Shown: positions 39,242 through 48,870 of the stretch, piece after piece
Layout of the letters: the number at the start of each line of letters is the position of its first letter
How positions within the stretch are numbered: the first letter of the stretch is position 1
Assembly (NCBI GenBank): GCA_944373145.1
Contig: CALWAL010000008.1
Span: 6,358-70,357 of the forward strand
Direction: 5' to 3'
Origin: an uncultured Bacilli bacterium
GTDB lineage: Bacteria; Bacillota_I; Bacilli_A; RF39; UBA660
DNA: 64,000 nt
The notes under the pieces: generated by a model
The model's input: only the letters and a program-made list of their open reading frames with translations
What the model was told of the DNA's origin: nothing
Databases searched by the model: none
Position numbers and translations under genes: made by a program

Positions 39242-39652
39242 CTAAAATTTTGCTTCTAAAATAGCATCTATTCTGTTAGTTAATTTAAAAGTTACTGATT
39301 GATTACCTATTGTTGTAGATGTTTCTGATCCCATCGTTTCAATTTCAATGCTTACCTTTGGTGGTTCTTCGTTAACATCTTGAATCACAATATGATATTG
39401 ATGTGAAAGCGTTGCTGTTTGAGCAAATCTTCTAATAAAGCTTTCAACAAACAACTCGCGGTCAATACGAATTGAACCATCATACCTATAAGCAGCTAAA
39501 TCCAATGAATCATACATCGCAGCTTCAGTTGTTTCTTTCAATAACTCGTAATTGTGCTCACTCGTATTCGTAATTGATTGAAAGAAATAAACCAAAAACA
39601 TCGACGTAATTCCTAATCCTACAATCATAACACCCCAAAACGATTCTCTCAT
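39242..39652 (-). CDS. Pilin-like protein (DUF5411-like)
   Basis: MRESFWG + hydrophobic helix, LLKETTEAAMYDSLD, EEPPKVSI. Confidence 0.55.
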   Translation of the reverse strand: MRESFWGVMIVGLGITSMFLVYFFQSITNTSEHNYELLKETTEAAMYDSLDLAAYRYDGSIRIDRELFVESFIRRFAQTATLSHQYHIVIQDVNEEPPKVSIEIETMGSETSTTIGNQSVTFKLTNRIDAILEAKF

Positions 39653-39716
39653 ACGTTATCACCTCACCAACTTTTTTTGTATTTTGTATATCAATACTTA
39701 ACTAATCATTTTATAA

Positions 39717-40409
39717 CTATACTTTAAAGTCAAATTGATTCTTCTTTAAGAATATTTTTTGAATAGCACCTATTATAAGTACAATAACAATAACACCACA
39801 TACAAGAATCGCATAATATTCTCCAACAAAAGTGAATATTTTTTCAAGCAATGTTTCTTTGTTCTTGAAATTTATAGCTTCTTCCTTTGCAAATTTTTTT
39901 TCTTTATATTCTGTAACCTTAGCCACAAATTCATCATAGTCAATTGAAACAGCAGCCCACCGTTGGCATAGCGAATATTCTTCAACCCCATCACAAACTT
40001 CATCACTGTAAAATTTATTATAAGCTGGGATCGTTATGTATTTGGTTGTCAACAGTTGATCCGAACAACCACCATCACGAGTATATATTTGTAATTTTAC
40101 TTTTTGATTATTAGTATAACCAGTCAATGTTAATTCATTTTCTTTAGTAAAATTACTATTGTAATATGTCTTATTTCTATAAACATCAGTCACATACATA
40201 TACTCAGAAAGATTTGTCAATGTTATTGAAAATATAGGTTCTCCTTTGACCATATCGTATGAATAGGTTATATTAACATTATTTGCTAAAGCACGATAAT
40301 CAGATAAATCTTTGTAGTCACATATTCCGTATAAGCCATCAGCGTAAACCATTTTTGGCATCAGTAATAGTACAAAAATCATTATTATATAAATACAATG
40401 CTTTTTCAA
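39717..40409 (-). CDS. Exported Cys-containing protein with C-terminal TM anchor
   Basis: TTG start, signal peptide VYA|DG, YNKFYSDEVCDG..CQRW, C-terminal TM. Confidence 0.6.
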   Translation of the reverse strand: MKKHCIYIIMIFVLLLMPKMVYADGLYGICDYKDLSDYRALANNVNITYSYDMVKGEPIFSITLTNLSEYMYVTDVYRNKTYYNSNFTKENELTLTGYTNNQKVKLQIYTRDGGCSDQLLTTKYITIPAYNKFYSDEVCDGVEEYSLCQRWAAVSIDYDEFVAKVTEYKEKKFAKEEAINFKNKETLLEKIFTFVGEYYAILVCGVIVIVLIIGAIQKIFLKKNQFDFKV

Positions 40410-40475
40410 TCTACCCTATCCTTTCTAAATTATAACATAAAATTTATATTTTTGCATAAAAATATTATTTTTTTC

Positions 40476-42071
40476 CTACTTTAATTTATATTTGTAAACG
40501 CGATCACGAATATTGAAGATCAATGTAACTTGATCGGCAATCTTCATTTCTTGAATTACTTCAATATAATAAATATTTTTTTGATTTACTTTTTTGCTCT
40601 TAACATCACCTAAGTAAACAGTTTGTTGTTTAAAATCATTACCTATACGGTATTCAATGGTTGCAAATACTTTAAACAGTCCATAAAGGTCCGTAATCGC
40701 ATCAGAATCAAAAGACTTATCTAAACTAAATTCAGCATCCAATTTCAGCAAGGCCTTATTATAATTTGACGTAAATAGATTTGGCTTAATATATTCTACC
40801 GATTCAATACAGCGTTTCCTTGGTGTACAATAATTATACTTTACCTCAAATGTATTCCTAAATTCAAAAGAATTAATTTTCAAAGTAGAATTACCAAGGG
40901 TACTATCAGAGAAATCGATTGTAGCTCCCAATTGATATTCTTTATATTTTTTTATATCAGAAATAAGTTCTGAATCTAATGATATTGGTGTTGTTTTTTC
41001 AGATGCTAAGTTTCTAAATTCTAATCGCATTTTACTTGAAACCGAATTAGAAGGTATTTCAAAAACTAATAAATACTTTTCTGTAGTCTCACCTATTTGT
41101 TGATCATTATATATGTTGCCAAAATCAACTAATTGGTAATCATATCTAGACGTATGATAATATCTTTCTCCAGCAATATTTAAGGCTATAGTACCTAAAT
41201 TCAAAGCTTTAGGTTTAGTTTCATTACAATTAATTTCTACTTTTACTACTACCAAATAAGCGTTTTCACCTGTAATATTTTTACCTTTTGGATCCGTATT
41301 TACGATATAACTGTCCAATACTGTCATATTAAATCCATTCATTGTCATCTTGTAACCTTCAGGATATGTTTTATTACCTAAAATGTAACTAAGACCAGCG
41401 TATATAACTAAAGATACCACAAAAATGCCACTAACAATCTTTACAATAAGTTTGTGTTCTTTAATCCAATATTTACTATACCGAATCATCTTTTTGCCAG
41501 CACGCGTTTTATCATTTAAATCAAAATCAATCGCTACTTCAAATTCTTCATTATCTTCTAATGAAATTTCTAGTTCCTGTAAATCATTGCCAAAGTTAAA
41601 TTTTTTAATATCAAATCCAACGCCTCTAACTACTGCGAAAATAGAGAAAATGCTTTGAGCAATCATTGAATATACGAGTAAATCACGTAACATTTTAATT
41701 GTTCGCATATCCACAATTGTTTTTTCCATTGTTGCAAATACACTATATCCATATATATAAATCGCTAAAATGGCAATATATACTATGATTATAGCAATGT
41801 AGAAAAAGCGTGGTTTAGATTTTGTAATCATAACAGCTAAAAGAACGGCTGAAAAGATAATAATCAAAAGAGGTAAAAGAAGAACACCTATATTATATAA
41901 TTCTCCAAGTATATCATCGCCTACAACTGAAATATTGCTACCAATATATTCATTTAAATAGCTAATCATAGCTCCAGTTTTAAATATCAAATAAAAAATA
42001 CACGCTGATAAAATAACATGCATCAATTTAAAATGTTTAATTAAAAAAGCATATGGTTTTCTAAGAATCAT
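40476..42071 (-). CDS. Polytopic membrane protein with large extracytoplasmic domain
   Basis: ~5 TM helices then a beta-rich soluble domain. Confidence 0.6.
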   Translation of the reverse strand: MILRKPYAFLIKHFKLMHVILSACIFYLIFKTGAMISYLNEYIGSNISVVGDDILGELYNIGVLLLPLLIIIFSAVLLAVMITKSKPRFFYIAIIIVYIAILAIYIYGYSVFATMEKTIVDMRTIKMLRDLLVYSMIAQSIFSIFAVVRGVGFDIKKFNFGNDLQELEISLEDNEEFEVAIDFDLNDKTRAGKKMIRYSKYWIKEHKLIVKIVSGIFVVSLVIYAGLSYILGNKTYPEGYKMTMNGFNMTVLDSYIVNTDPKGKNITGENAYLVVVKVEINCNETKPKALNLGTIALNIAGERYYHTSRYDYQLVDFGNIYNDQQIGETTEKYLLVFEIPSNSVSSKMRLEFRNLASEKTTPISLDSELISDIKKYKEYQLGATIDFSDSTLGNSTLKINSFEFRNTFEVKYNYCTPRKRCIESVEYIKPNLFTSNYNKALLKLDAEFSLDKSFDSDAITDLYGLFKVFATIEYRIGNDFKQQTVYLGDVKSKKVNQKNIYYIEVIQEMKIADQVTLIFNIRDRVYKYKLK

Positions 42072-42149
42072 ATTTATTCCCCTTTGCTATTATTCTAAAC
42101 TACATATAGTATAACATAAAAATTTCAAAAAAAAACTATTTTAGGCAAC

Positions 42150-42179
42150 AAAAAACGAGAATAAATTAATATTCTCGTT
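42150..42179 (-). terminator. Terminator of the 1138-aa gene
   Basis: AACGAGAATA-loop-TATTCTCGTT hairpin + U-run. Confidence 0.7.
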
Positions 42180-45100
42180 ATCTTAACCAATTTAATTCTG
42201 GATATGTATAAGCAGTATCACAACCGTTTTCCAAAATATATTCAGCTCTTTCTTGCGTATTAGCTGTTGGTAAACATGTACCAAGTAATGGATAATTCAA
42301 ACCAGTTCTATTATACAATTCTGAAATAAAGTCACTTGCACAATATTTAACATTTCCTGTTGAATCTGTTGCACAATAAACTTTTTGATTATTGTTTTCA
42401 TCAACATATGACGTATATGGATCTCTACCAGCATTAAAGTAGTTTTCATTATCTTCTCTAATTCTATTAATAGCATTAACATCTAGCATGATTTCATACA
42501 TTGCTTGATCATCTTCATAAATATCTGCATCTAATATTTCATGAAATTGTAATTCTGAGAATCCCCAGTTTGAACCAGGTTGACGTCCGGTACCATCCAT
42601 GCCTGGGAATGATTTATCTGAATTATCTTCGTCAGATAACAACGTAATTAAACGGTAAGCTACATCTATTCCTACTAATGATCCATTTGAATCTTCATCC
42701 TCATCTTTATCACAATATTCTGGTGAATTTGGAAGAAGATTTCCATTTGAATCATACTGGCAATCATAGCCGAAAATTTCATTATCAACTTCATATTCAC
42801 ATGAATATTCAAAACCATAACCTTTTCCTGAATTAATTGTTACTTCTTCAGCTATTGGATAAAAATGTCCATATTGTGTGTTATAATTTTGAGCACCATT
42901 TGTTTTAGCATTATCTCCTAAATTAGCCACCGTTACTTTTAATTCATACTGGCCATTAGTCAAGCTTAAGGCTGTTGGTAATCCAAAGCCAATATAATAG
43001 AAGAAAGCTTCATCTTCTGATCCCTTTAACTTTTCATTAACTAAAGTTGAGTCAGTTTTTAATGAATACCATTGGAATTCTTCCACTGGATAAGTATATG
43101 TGTATCTTCCCTTTACATCCCAAGTAACTACCGTACAATCTCGTACTCTTTCTAGTTTAGGAGTACAACTAGCACTTCCTTTTGTGCCATGGCAAGTATA
43201 AGAATAAGCATTAAACCATTTACATTGAGAAGTATTGACATTATTCTCATTATAGCTACCATTAACTAATAAGTCATCATCAAATTCAAAATTTCTCGAA
43301 TTTGGACCATAAGCTTTGTTAACCGGCTCAGAGAATGTGAATTGAACAGTTGTTTTAAATACATACTTCAAATTGTTATAACATTGTCTAATTTTTTCTA
43401 ACAATTTACCTTCTGACGTTTTTTTACTGCTATATGATGAATACTTACTATTAGCTAAACTCCTTAATTTACTTTCTAAACCTGCTTTAGCTGCTGCTTT
43501 AGCCGCACTACTAGTTGTATAACTATAACCCGTGCTATAAGATTGTGAACCAACACTACCAGTAACCGTACCTACATAAGCACCATGTGAATATGTATGG
43601 CTTTGTCCACTTGATGTCGCTGTCCCTTTATAACGATAACGGCAAGTGTAACGGCAATTACAAGAATATGAACCACCATTTTTATTATGACAAGTACTAC
43701 ATCTCCAACAAGATGTATATTTTCCTGAACTACTAGTTCTAATAATATCTAATTGTTTTTCATGGGAAGCTTTTTGCATATAATATCTAATCATTGCTGT
43801 CTCGTTGTTTCGATAGTCCTCTTCCCACTCTTCGAAGCGATAACCTTGTTTTCCTTTTATATAACTTTGATTACTACATTTTTTTCTAAAACTTACATTT
43901 CCAAAAGTTCCATCAGATGAACCCCAAGTAAAAGTTTGTCCCGCTTTAACGTTTAAAACATTAGTTGGGAATTGTGTCTCTACTTCTTCATAACAAAATA
44001 ATTCACAATATTCAGCATTACCAACAATTCCACCATTTGTGCTCTCTACTGCTTCATGTCCAGTATTGTCAGAAGAATACTCACGGTTTCCATCGGAAAA
44101 TGCAATTTCGCATATTAACCATGCTCCATCATCATCTATATCGCCGAAGAATGTCTTTCCCGTCACGCAATCATCAATGCTTACATCCGAACCTGTAAAA
44201 TCACAAACAACAGGTTCGCAAGCAGCCTTTCCTCCTTTTTTCATATAAGTTTCTTTAACCAACATTTGAAATTCCGGATAAGCTCGATCTACACGGGTTA
44301 TTGTCAATGTTCCTTGACTATTAATAACTTCATATTCAAAAGTTCCGTTTCTAATTTGGGCAATTGCCTCATGATAGGCAGCAGACCCACTAGGGTATTT
44401 AACTTGATTGCTATTGACATAATTAACCGCCGCTTCACAATCTAATGAAATCTTTGTGTTTGGTTCACAAGCAGCCTTTCCTCCCGGCAATTTAGAATAA
44501 TTTTCTTCATATAAATTATCTACTTCAGGATAAGCTCGATCTATTTTATATTCCACTCCACTCCCATCAACATAAGAAAAAGTTCCATTAATAACTTTAG
44601 TTATTTGCTCCCTATATGCTGACGTTCCTACTGTATATTTTTCATTAATATAGGCGACTGCTTCAGGGCAAGTCAACCCACTATCAATCAAGTCAGGCAA
44701 CCATATGTGTGCTACACCCTCACCAATAATTTTACCACCACTCATTGACAATAAATTATTTACACCACTACCAGTACCAGTCGTAAAATTAGTTGGTGCT
44801 TCACCGTCACCAGCACGATAAATGTAAACTCCAGTAGTATTATTATTAAACCAAGGACTATAGCCGCCTGATAATCCTGGTTCATATTTTTTGTACTCTG
44901 TAGGAGTTGCTGCAATAATAAAATTAGTAATTGATGATCCAACACGTCCATGAATAATTATTGGTTCATATTGTAGAAAATATTCAGCATTAGTTGCATC
45001 AATTGAATCACCAGAATAGCCCATTTTTTCTAACAATTTATCCATCATATCGTGATTTTCCGTTGAAGTATTATCAGCTAGATATTCTGCCATATATTGT

Positions 45101-45594
45101 GCCGTTGCTATTTTCCATTTGTCATATCCACGATTATATCCAGGAAGCGCTTCAGCTATATCTAAAGCTTGGCCAAAAAAATCACCACACGTTAAAGCAG
45201 ACCCTCCTGAAAATACATCCTGTTTAATGTTTTTACCATAATACGCGCAATCGTAGTCTCCAACAAGTTTACTGTTATTATCATATAAATTGTAATTTTT
45301 TTCTAAATAATCCGGCACTTGACTTTTGTATACAACATCAACATGATGAGTTCCAGTTACTTGCCCACCTTCCTTTGTGACAAGAGAAAATCTAATCCCA
45401 ACATGTCCTTGCCAAAGACAATTAGAACCACCGCAGCTTCCAAGGCTCCCACCAACAAACTTATCACCATTCATGCTTGCTCCGGCTGATACCTTAGGAA
45501 TTTCCATAATTAATAATAAAAGTGAACATAGTAAAGCCATTAGAAGAAACTCAATTATTGTCTTTAATACACTTTTTTTATTCAACAACATCAT
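42178..45594 (-). CDS. Large secreted cysteine-rich protein (putative adhesin)
   Basis: Signal peptide VSA|GA, many Cys, internal duplicated ~70-aa module, no obvious catalytic motif. Confidence 0.6.
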   Translation of the reverse strand: MMLLNKKSVLKTIIEFLLMALLCSLLLLIMEIPKVSAGASMNGDKFVGGSLGSCGGSNCLWQGHVGIRFSLVTKEGGQVTGTHHVDVVYKSQVPDYLEKNYNLYDNNSKLVGDYDCAYYGKNIKQDVFSGGSALTCGDFFGQALDIAEALPGYNRGYDKWKIATAQYMAEYLADNTSTENHDMMDKLLEKMGYSGDSIDATNAEYFLQYEPIIIHGRVGSSITNFIIAATPTEYKKYEPGLSGGYSPWFNNNTTGVYIYRAGDGEAPTNFTTGTGSGVNNLLSMSGGKIIGEGVAHIWLPDLIDSGLTCPEAVAYINEKYTVGTSAYREQITKVINGTFSYVDGSGVEYKIDRAYPEVDNLYEENYSKLPGGKAACEPNTKISLDCEAAVNYVNSNQVKYPSGSAAYHEAIAQIRNGTFEYEVINSQGTLTITRVDRAYPEFQMLVKETYMKKGGKAACEPVVCDFTGSDVSIDDCVTGKTFFGDIDDDGAWLICEIAFSDGNREYSSDNTGHEAVESTNGGIVGNAEYCELFCYEEVETQFPTNVLNVKAGQTFTWGSSDGTFGNVSFRKKCSNQSYIKGKQGYRFEEWEEDYRNNETAMIRYYMQKASHEKQLDIIRTSSSGKYTSCWRCSTCHNKNGGSYSCNCRYTCRYRYKGTATSSGQSHTYSHGAYVGTVTGSVGSQSYSTGYSYTTSSAAKAAAKAGLESKLRSLANSKYSSYSSKKTSEGKLLEKIRQCYNNLKYVFKTTVQFTFSEPVNKAYGPNSRNFEFDDDLLVNGSYNENNVNTSQCKWFNAYSYTCHGTKGSASCTPKLERVRDCTVVTWDVKGRYTYTYPVEEFQWYSLKTDSTLVNEKLKGSEDEAFFYYIGFGLPTALSLTNGQYELKVTVANLGDNAKTNGAQNYNTQYGHFYPIAEEVTINSGKGYGFEYSCEYEVDNEIFGYDCQYDSNGNLLPNSPEYCDKDEDEDSNGSLVGIDVAYRLITLLSDEDNSDKSFPGMDGTGRQPGSNWGFSELQFHEILDADIYEDDQAMYEIMLDVNAINRIREDNENYFNAGRDPYTSYVDENNNQKVYCATDSTGNVKYCASDFISELYNRTGLNYPLLGTCLPTANTQERAEYILENGCDTAYTYPELNWLR
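44212..44670 (-). repeat. Two diverged tandem ~70-76 aa modules inside the large protein
   Basis: C.EAV.Y.N...Y..G..AY...I....NGTF.Y...DRAYPE...GGKAACEP at 44461-44670 and 44212-44439. Confidence 0.8.
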
Positions 45595-45780
45595 TTATCA
45601 CCTACTATTTTTCTACTATTAAATATACCATAAAAAATTTTTTATAGCAATAACAAAATTGCTTTTTAAAATAATGTGTCGTATTATAATAAATTTAATT
45701 TAACACATCAAAGAAAATAGTTTTTAATATTGAATTATATTAAAAAAAATATTATAATGAAGCCGTTAGAAGGTGTTATT

Positions 45781-46488
45781 ATGTCATGTTCAATATCACT
45801 ACCGGCTTTTGATGGTCCATTAGATTTACTATTGCACTTAATTAAGCAATCAAACATTAATATATGTGACATAGAAATAGTAGAAATTACTAGACAGTAC
45901 TTAGAATATATTCATAAAATGGAAGAAATGAATTTAGACATCGCTTCAGAATACCTTGTAATGGCCGCTGAATTAATAGAAATAAAATCTAAAGTTCTAT
46001 TACCAACACAAGAGGAGGAAAATGAAGAAGAAGACCCAAAGGAAAAATTAATTCAACGCCTTTTAGAATATGAGCAGTATAAAGAAAGTACAACCACATT
46101 ACGAAAATTAGAAATTGTCAGACAAGAAGTAAAAACCAAGGAACCAAGCGATTTATTGGAATTTAAAGATAACAACACTGTAATTAATTATGGAATAACA
46201 CTTGATAATCTTTTAGATGCTTTTTCAAAATTTTTAGTCAATAGTGAAAATATCAGGCCGCTAAATACCAGAATTACTAATAAAGAATACTCAGTCGGCA
46301 AAAGATGCACTGAAATACGTGATATCATTCATCAAAAAAAGAAAGTTAAATTTCAAGATTTATTTGATGTTTTCACCAAAGAATATATCGTGGTAACTTT
46401 TTTAGCAATCTTATCTTTAAGTAAAAAGCAAGAAATAAAAATTGAACAATCAAAAAACTTTGACAACATTATTATAGAAGCAAGGTGA
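45781..46488 (+). CDS. scpA: Segregation and condensation protein A
   Basis: FDGPLDLLLHLIK, SEYLVMAAELIEIKSKVLLP, VVTFLAIL; RBS AAGGTG before ATG 45781. Confidence 0.95.
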   Translation: MSCSISLPAFDGPLDLLLHLIKQSNINICDIEIVEITRQYLEYIHKMEEMNLDIASEYLVMAAELIEIKSKVLLPTQEEENEEEDPKEKLIQRLLEYEQYKESTTTLRKLEIVRQEVKTKEPSDLLEFKDNNTVINYGITLDNLLDAFSKFLVNSENIRPLNTRITNKEYSVGKRCTEIRDIIHQKKKVKFQDLFDVFTKEYIVVTFLAILSLSKKQEIKIEQSKNFDNIIIEAR

Positions 46489-46493
46489 TTTTA

Positions 46494-47063
46494 ATGGTTA
46501 AAGCTATTATTGAAGGATTATTATTTTTAAAAGGTAGTGATGGATTGTCCTATCAAGAATTAAAGGAAATTATAGACATTGATGATGATGAATTAAAAAA
46601 AAGCATCAAAGAGTTGTATAATGATTACCTTAACAATACCAACCGAGGAATTCAATTAGAACTATTAGGTGAAAAATTTAAATTAACAACGAAACCAGAA
46701 CACTTAAATTATTATAAAAAATTAGTTGCTGAAGAACAAGAATCAAATTTAACACAAGCAGCATTAGAAACTTTAGCAATCATTGCTTATAACGAACCAA
46801 TTACAAGAATAGAAATAGATGAAATAAGAGGTGTTAATAGTAGTTACCTGATAAGAAAATTATTAATTAAAGGTCTAATTCAAGAAGTTGGCCGCGCTGA
46901 AACGGCAGGTAGACCTCGCCAATATGGTATAACAAACACTTTTTTAGATTACTTTGGTCTTAATAGCATCAACGATTTACCTAAAGTTGAATTACCAACC
47001 GAAAAACTAGAAGACAATGAAACAGATTTGTTCGAATCAAGATATAAAGAAAAAAATGAATAA
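46494..47063 (+). CDS. scpB: SMC-Scp complex subunit ScpB
   Basis: IIEGLLF, LTQAALETLAIIAYNEPITRIEIDEIRGVNS, GRP..Y..T..FLDYFGL. Confidence 0.96.
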   Translation: MVKAIIEGLLFLKGSDGLSYQELKEIIDIDDDELKKSIKELYNDYLNNTNRGIQLELLGEKFKLTTKPEHLNYYKKLVAEEQESNLTQAALETLAIIAYNEPITRIEIDEIRGVNSSYLIRKLLIKGLIQEVGRAETAGRPRQYGITNTFLDYFGLNSINDLPKVELPTEKLEDNETDLFESRYKEKNE

Positions 47064-47107
47064 AAACACTTGTTTCTTTATCTTTTTTTTTGTATAATGA
47101 ATTTACT

Positions 47108-47194
47108 GCCTGTGTGATGGAATTGGTAGACGTAGTGGACTCAAAATCCACCGCTGGTAACAGCGTGCCGGTTCGAGTCCGGCCACAGGCACCA
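47108..47194 (+). tRNA. tRNA-Leu (CAA)
   Basis: GCCTGTG/CACAGGC acceptor stem, GTGGA-CTCAAAA-TCCAC anticodon arm, long variable arm, TTCGAGT T-loop, encoded CCA. Confidence 0.97.
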
Positions 47195-47238
47195 TTAAAA
47201 ATAAACTTTGATTTATAAAATCAAAGTCATTATATATT

Positions 47239-47267
47239 TTCAGCCTTGATTTGGGCTGAATTTTTTT
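47239..47267 (+). terminator. Terminator after the tRNA
   Basis: TTCAGCC-loop-GGCTGAA followed by T7. Confidence 0.7.
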
Positions 47268-47284
47268 AAATTAAGGAGGAAAAT

Positions 47285-47965
47285 ATGATATGCACAAGTA
47301 GTCATAATAATTTTCGAACTGATAAATACCCTTGCTACGCTATATCTGGGAATCGTGGAAAAGATGCTAATTATCAAGGCAATTGTTATCCCAAACTAGC
47401 ACCTAAATTATCTTTTTGGAAAAAATGGCACGAAAATATGGGAAAAATTTCTGAGGAAGAAAATAACAGGTATTATGTCCAAGAATATTGGAATCAAGTA
47501 TTATCACAATTAGATCCTGAAGAAATTTATAGAGAATTAGACTATTCGATTTTGCTTTGCTACGAACCAAATACAGACTTTTGCCATAGGCATATCGTTG
47601 CAGCTTGGTTTGAAATATTGTTAGGTGTAACTGTACCCGAAATAAAATTTAATGAACATAAAATAGAAGAAATAACAAGGCCAAATTATATTAAAAAGTA
47701 TTTAGAAGATGCAATGAGACGCAATCGCAACATGCGCGGATTTAAATCTCTAAGAGCATTATATTTATTTGAAAAAGGTGAAAAATTAGAAGAGAAAGCC
47801 AATGAATTAGAGAAAAAAACTGGTAAAAATTATGATGATTATAGACAATTAGCTTGTTTTTTAAGATGTAAAGCCGATATGGAAGAAGACGAATATAATA
47901 AGAAAAAAAAGAATAGACAGCTAACAAAGATAGCCACCAATCATCCAGATAGTAATAAAAAATAA
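47285..47965 (+). CDS. DUF488-like protein with C-terminal extension
   Basis: AIS...YPKLAP...Y..QVLSQLDP...LLCYE...FCHRHIVAAW motifs. Confidence 0.65.
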   Translation: MICTSSHNNFRTDKYPCYAISGNRGKDANYQGNCYPKLAPKLSFWKKWHENMGKISEEENNRYYVQEYWNQVLSQLDPEEIYRELDYSILLCYEPNTDFCHRHIVAAWFEILLGVTVPEIKFNEHKIEEITRPNYIKKYLEDAMRRNRNMRGFKSLRALYLFEKGEKLEEKANELEKKTGKNYDDYRQLACFLRCKADMEEDEYNKKKKNRQLTKIATNHPDSNKK

Positions 47966-48168
47966 ATTTATAGTTTAAAACAAAAATCAATAATAACGAT
48001 AACGCATTGATTAATTTAATACATTTTAAAAATATTTATTCCAAATATTAACCATAATGAGAATACTTTATCGAATAAAAAAAGATATAATAAAATTAAC
48101 TCTAAGCCCTTGAACTCCACTTAAAAAAAAGATATACTAGATGTCAAAACGAAATTGAGTGTGGTATT

Positions 48169-48741
48169 ATGAAAGAAAATGAAATATTTTATTCACTATC
48201 AAAATTGCAAATTAGTACTATAAAAAGCAACCTTGAAAAGAATAAGAACAATCTTTATCTTAATTTAATTATTACATTTGAACAATCTGAATTTAACAAA
48301 ATTTATAAACTATTATCAAATTTGTATACTATCGAAAATAGCAATGAAATTGAATATAAAATTTGGGAAACTTTTATATATAATAAAATACTACAAGCTC
48401 TTGACCAACAAGATGTAATATATTGCCCTCACGATATATACGAAGAATATAAATTATTGACTGGCTACAATTTAACTTTATTTATCAATAGCCTTTCCTC
48501 ATTTACTACGCTTAATACTATAAATAACATAATCAAAAACCAAATATCTAAAAAAGTTATAGTCAATTATTTTCAAGAAGAAACAATTATCCCGATTAGT
48601 CTTCAAAAAGTTATTAACCAAATATTAGTTTCAAATCTGCCCTTTTCTAACAAACTCTACACTACAAGAAGCAGTTTAAATAGTTACTATATGGAAAATG
48701 GTTATTGGCTACAAAAAGATAATAATCATAATGAAATTTAG
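48169..48741 (+). CDS. Hypothetical protein
   Basis: 190-aa ORF with own terminator; no family recognised. Confidence 0.5.
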   Translation: MKENEIFYSLSKLQISTIKSNLEKNKNNLYLNLIITFEQSEFNKIYKLLSNLYTIENSNEIEYKIWETFIYNKILQALDQQDVIYCPHDIYEEYKLLTGYNLTLFINSLSSFTTLNTINNIIKNQISKKVIVNYFQEETIIPISLQKVINQILVSNLPFSNKLYTTRSSLNSYYMENGYWLQKDNNHNEI

Positions 48742-48870
48742 AAATTACTTTCAGTGAATGAATAAAAAGAGCTAATTTTAGCTTTTTTTGTTCATAAATT
48801 TGTCTTGCTTTTTACTGCATTTTATCGTAAAATTATTTTAGAATATAAAGAGTAAGATAGAGGTGTTTGA

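Noticed and set aside
15524..45594. Calling the VirB4/VirD4 region an ICE or integrated conjugative plasmid
   Set aside because: No integrase, relaxase, replication gene or flanking direct repeats were seen; the neighbours are core genes and a pilin paralogue lies elsewhere in core sequence. A relaxase acting in trans cannot be excluded from this window.
47108..48800. Integrated island bounded by a duplicated tRNA 3' end
   Set aside because: No second copy of the tRNA 3' sequence or integrase found downstream by eye
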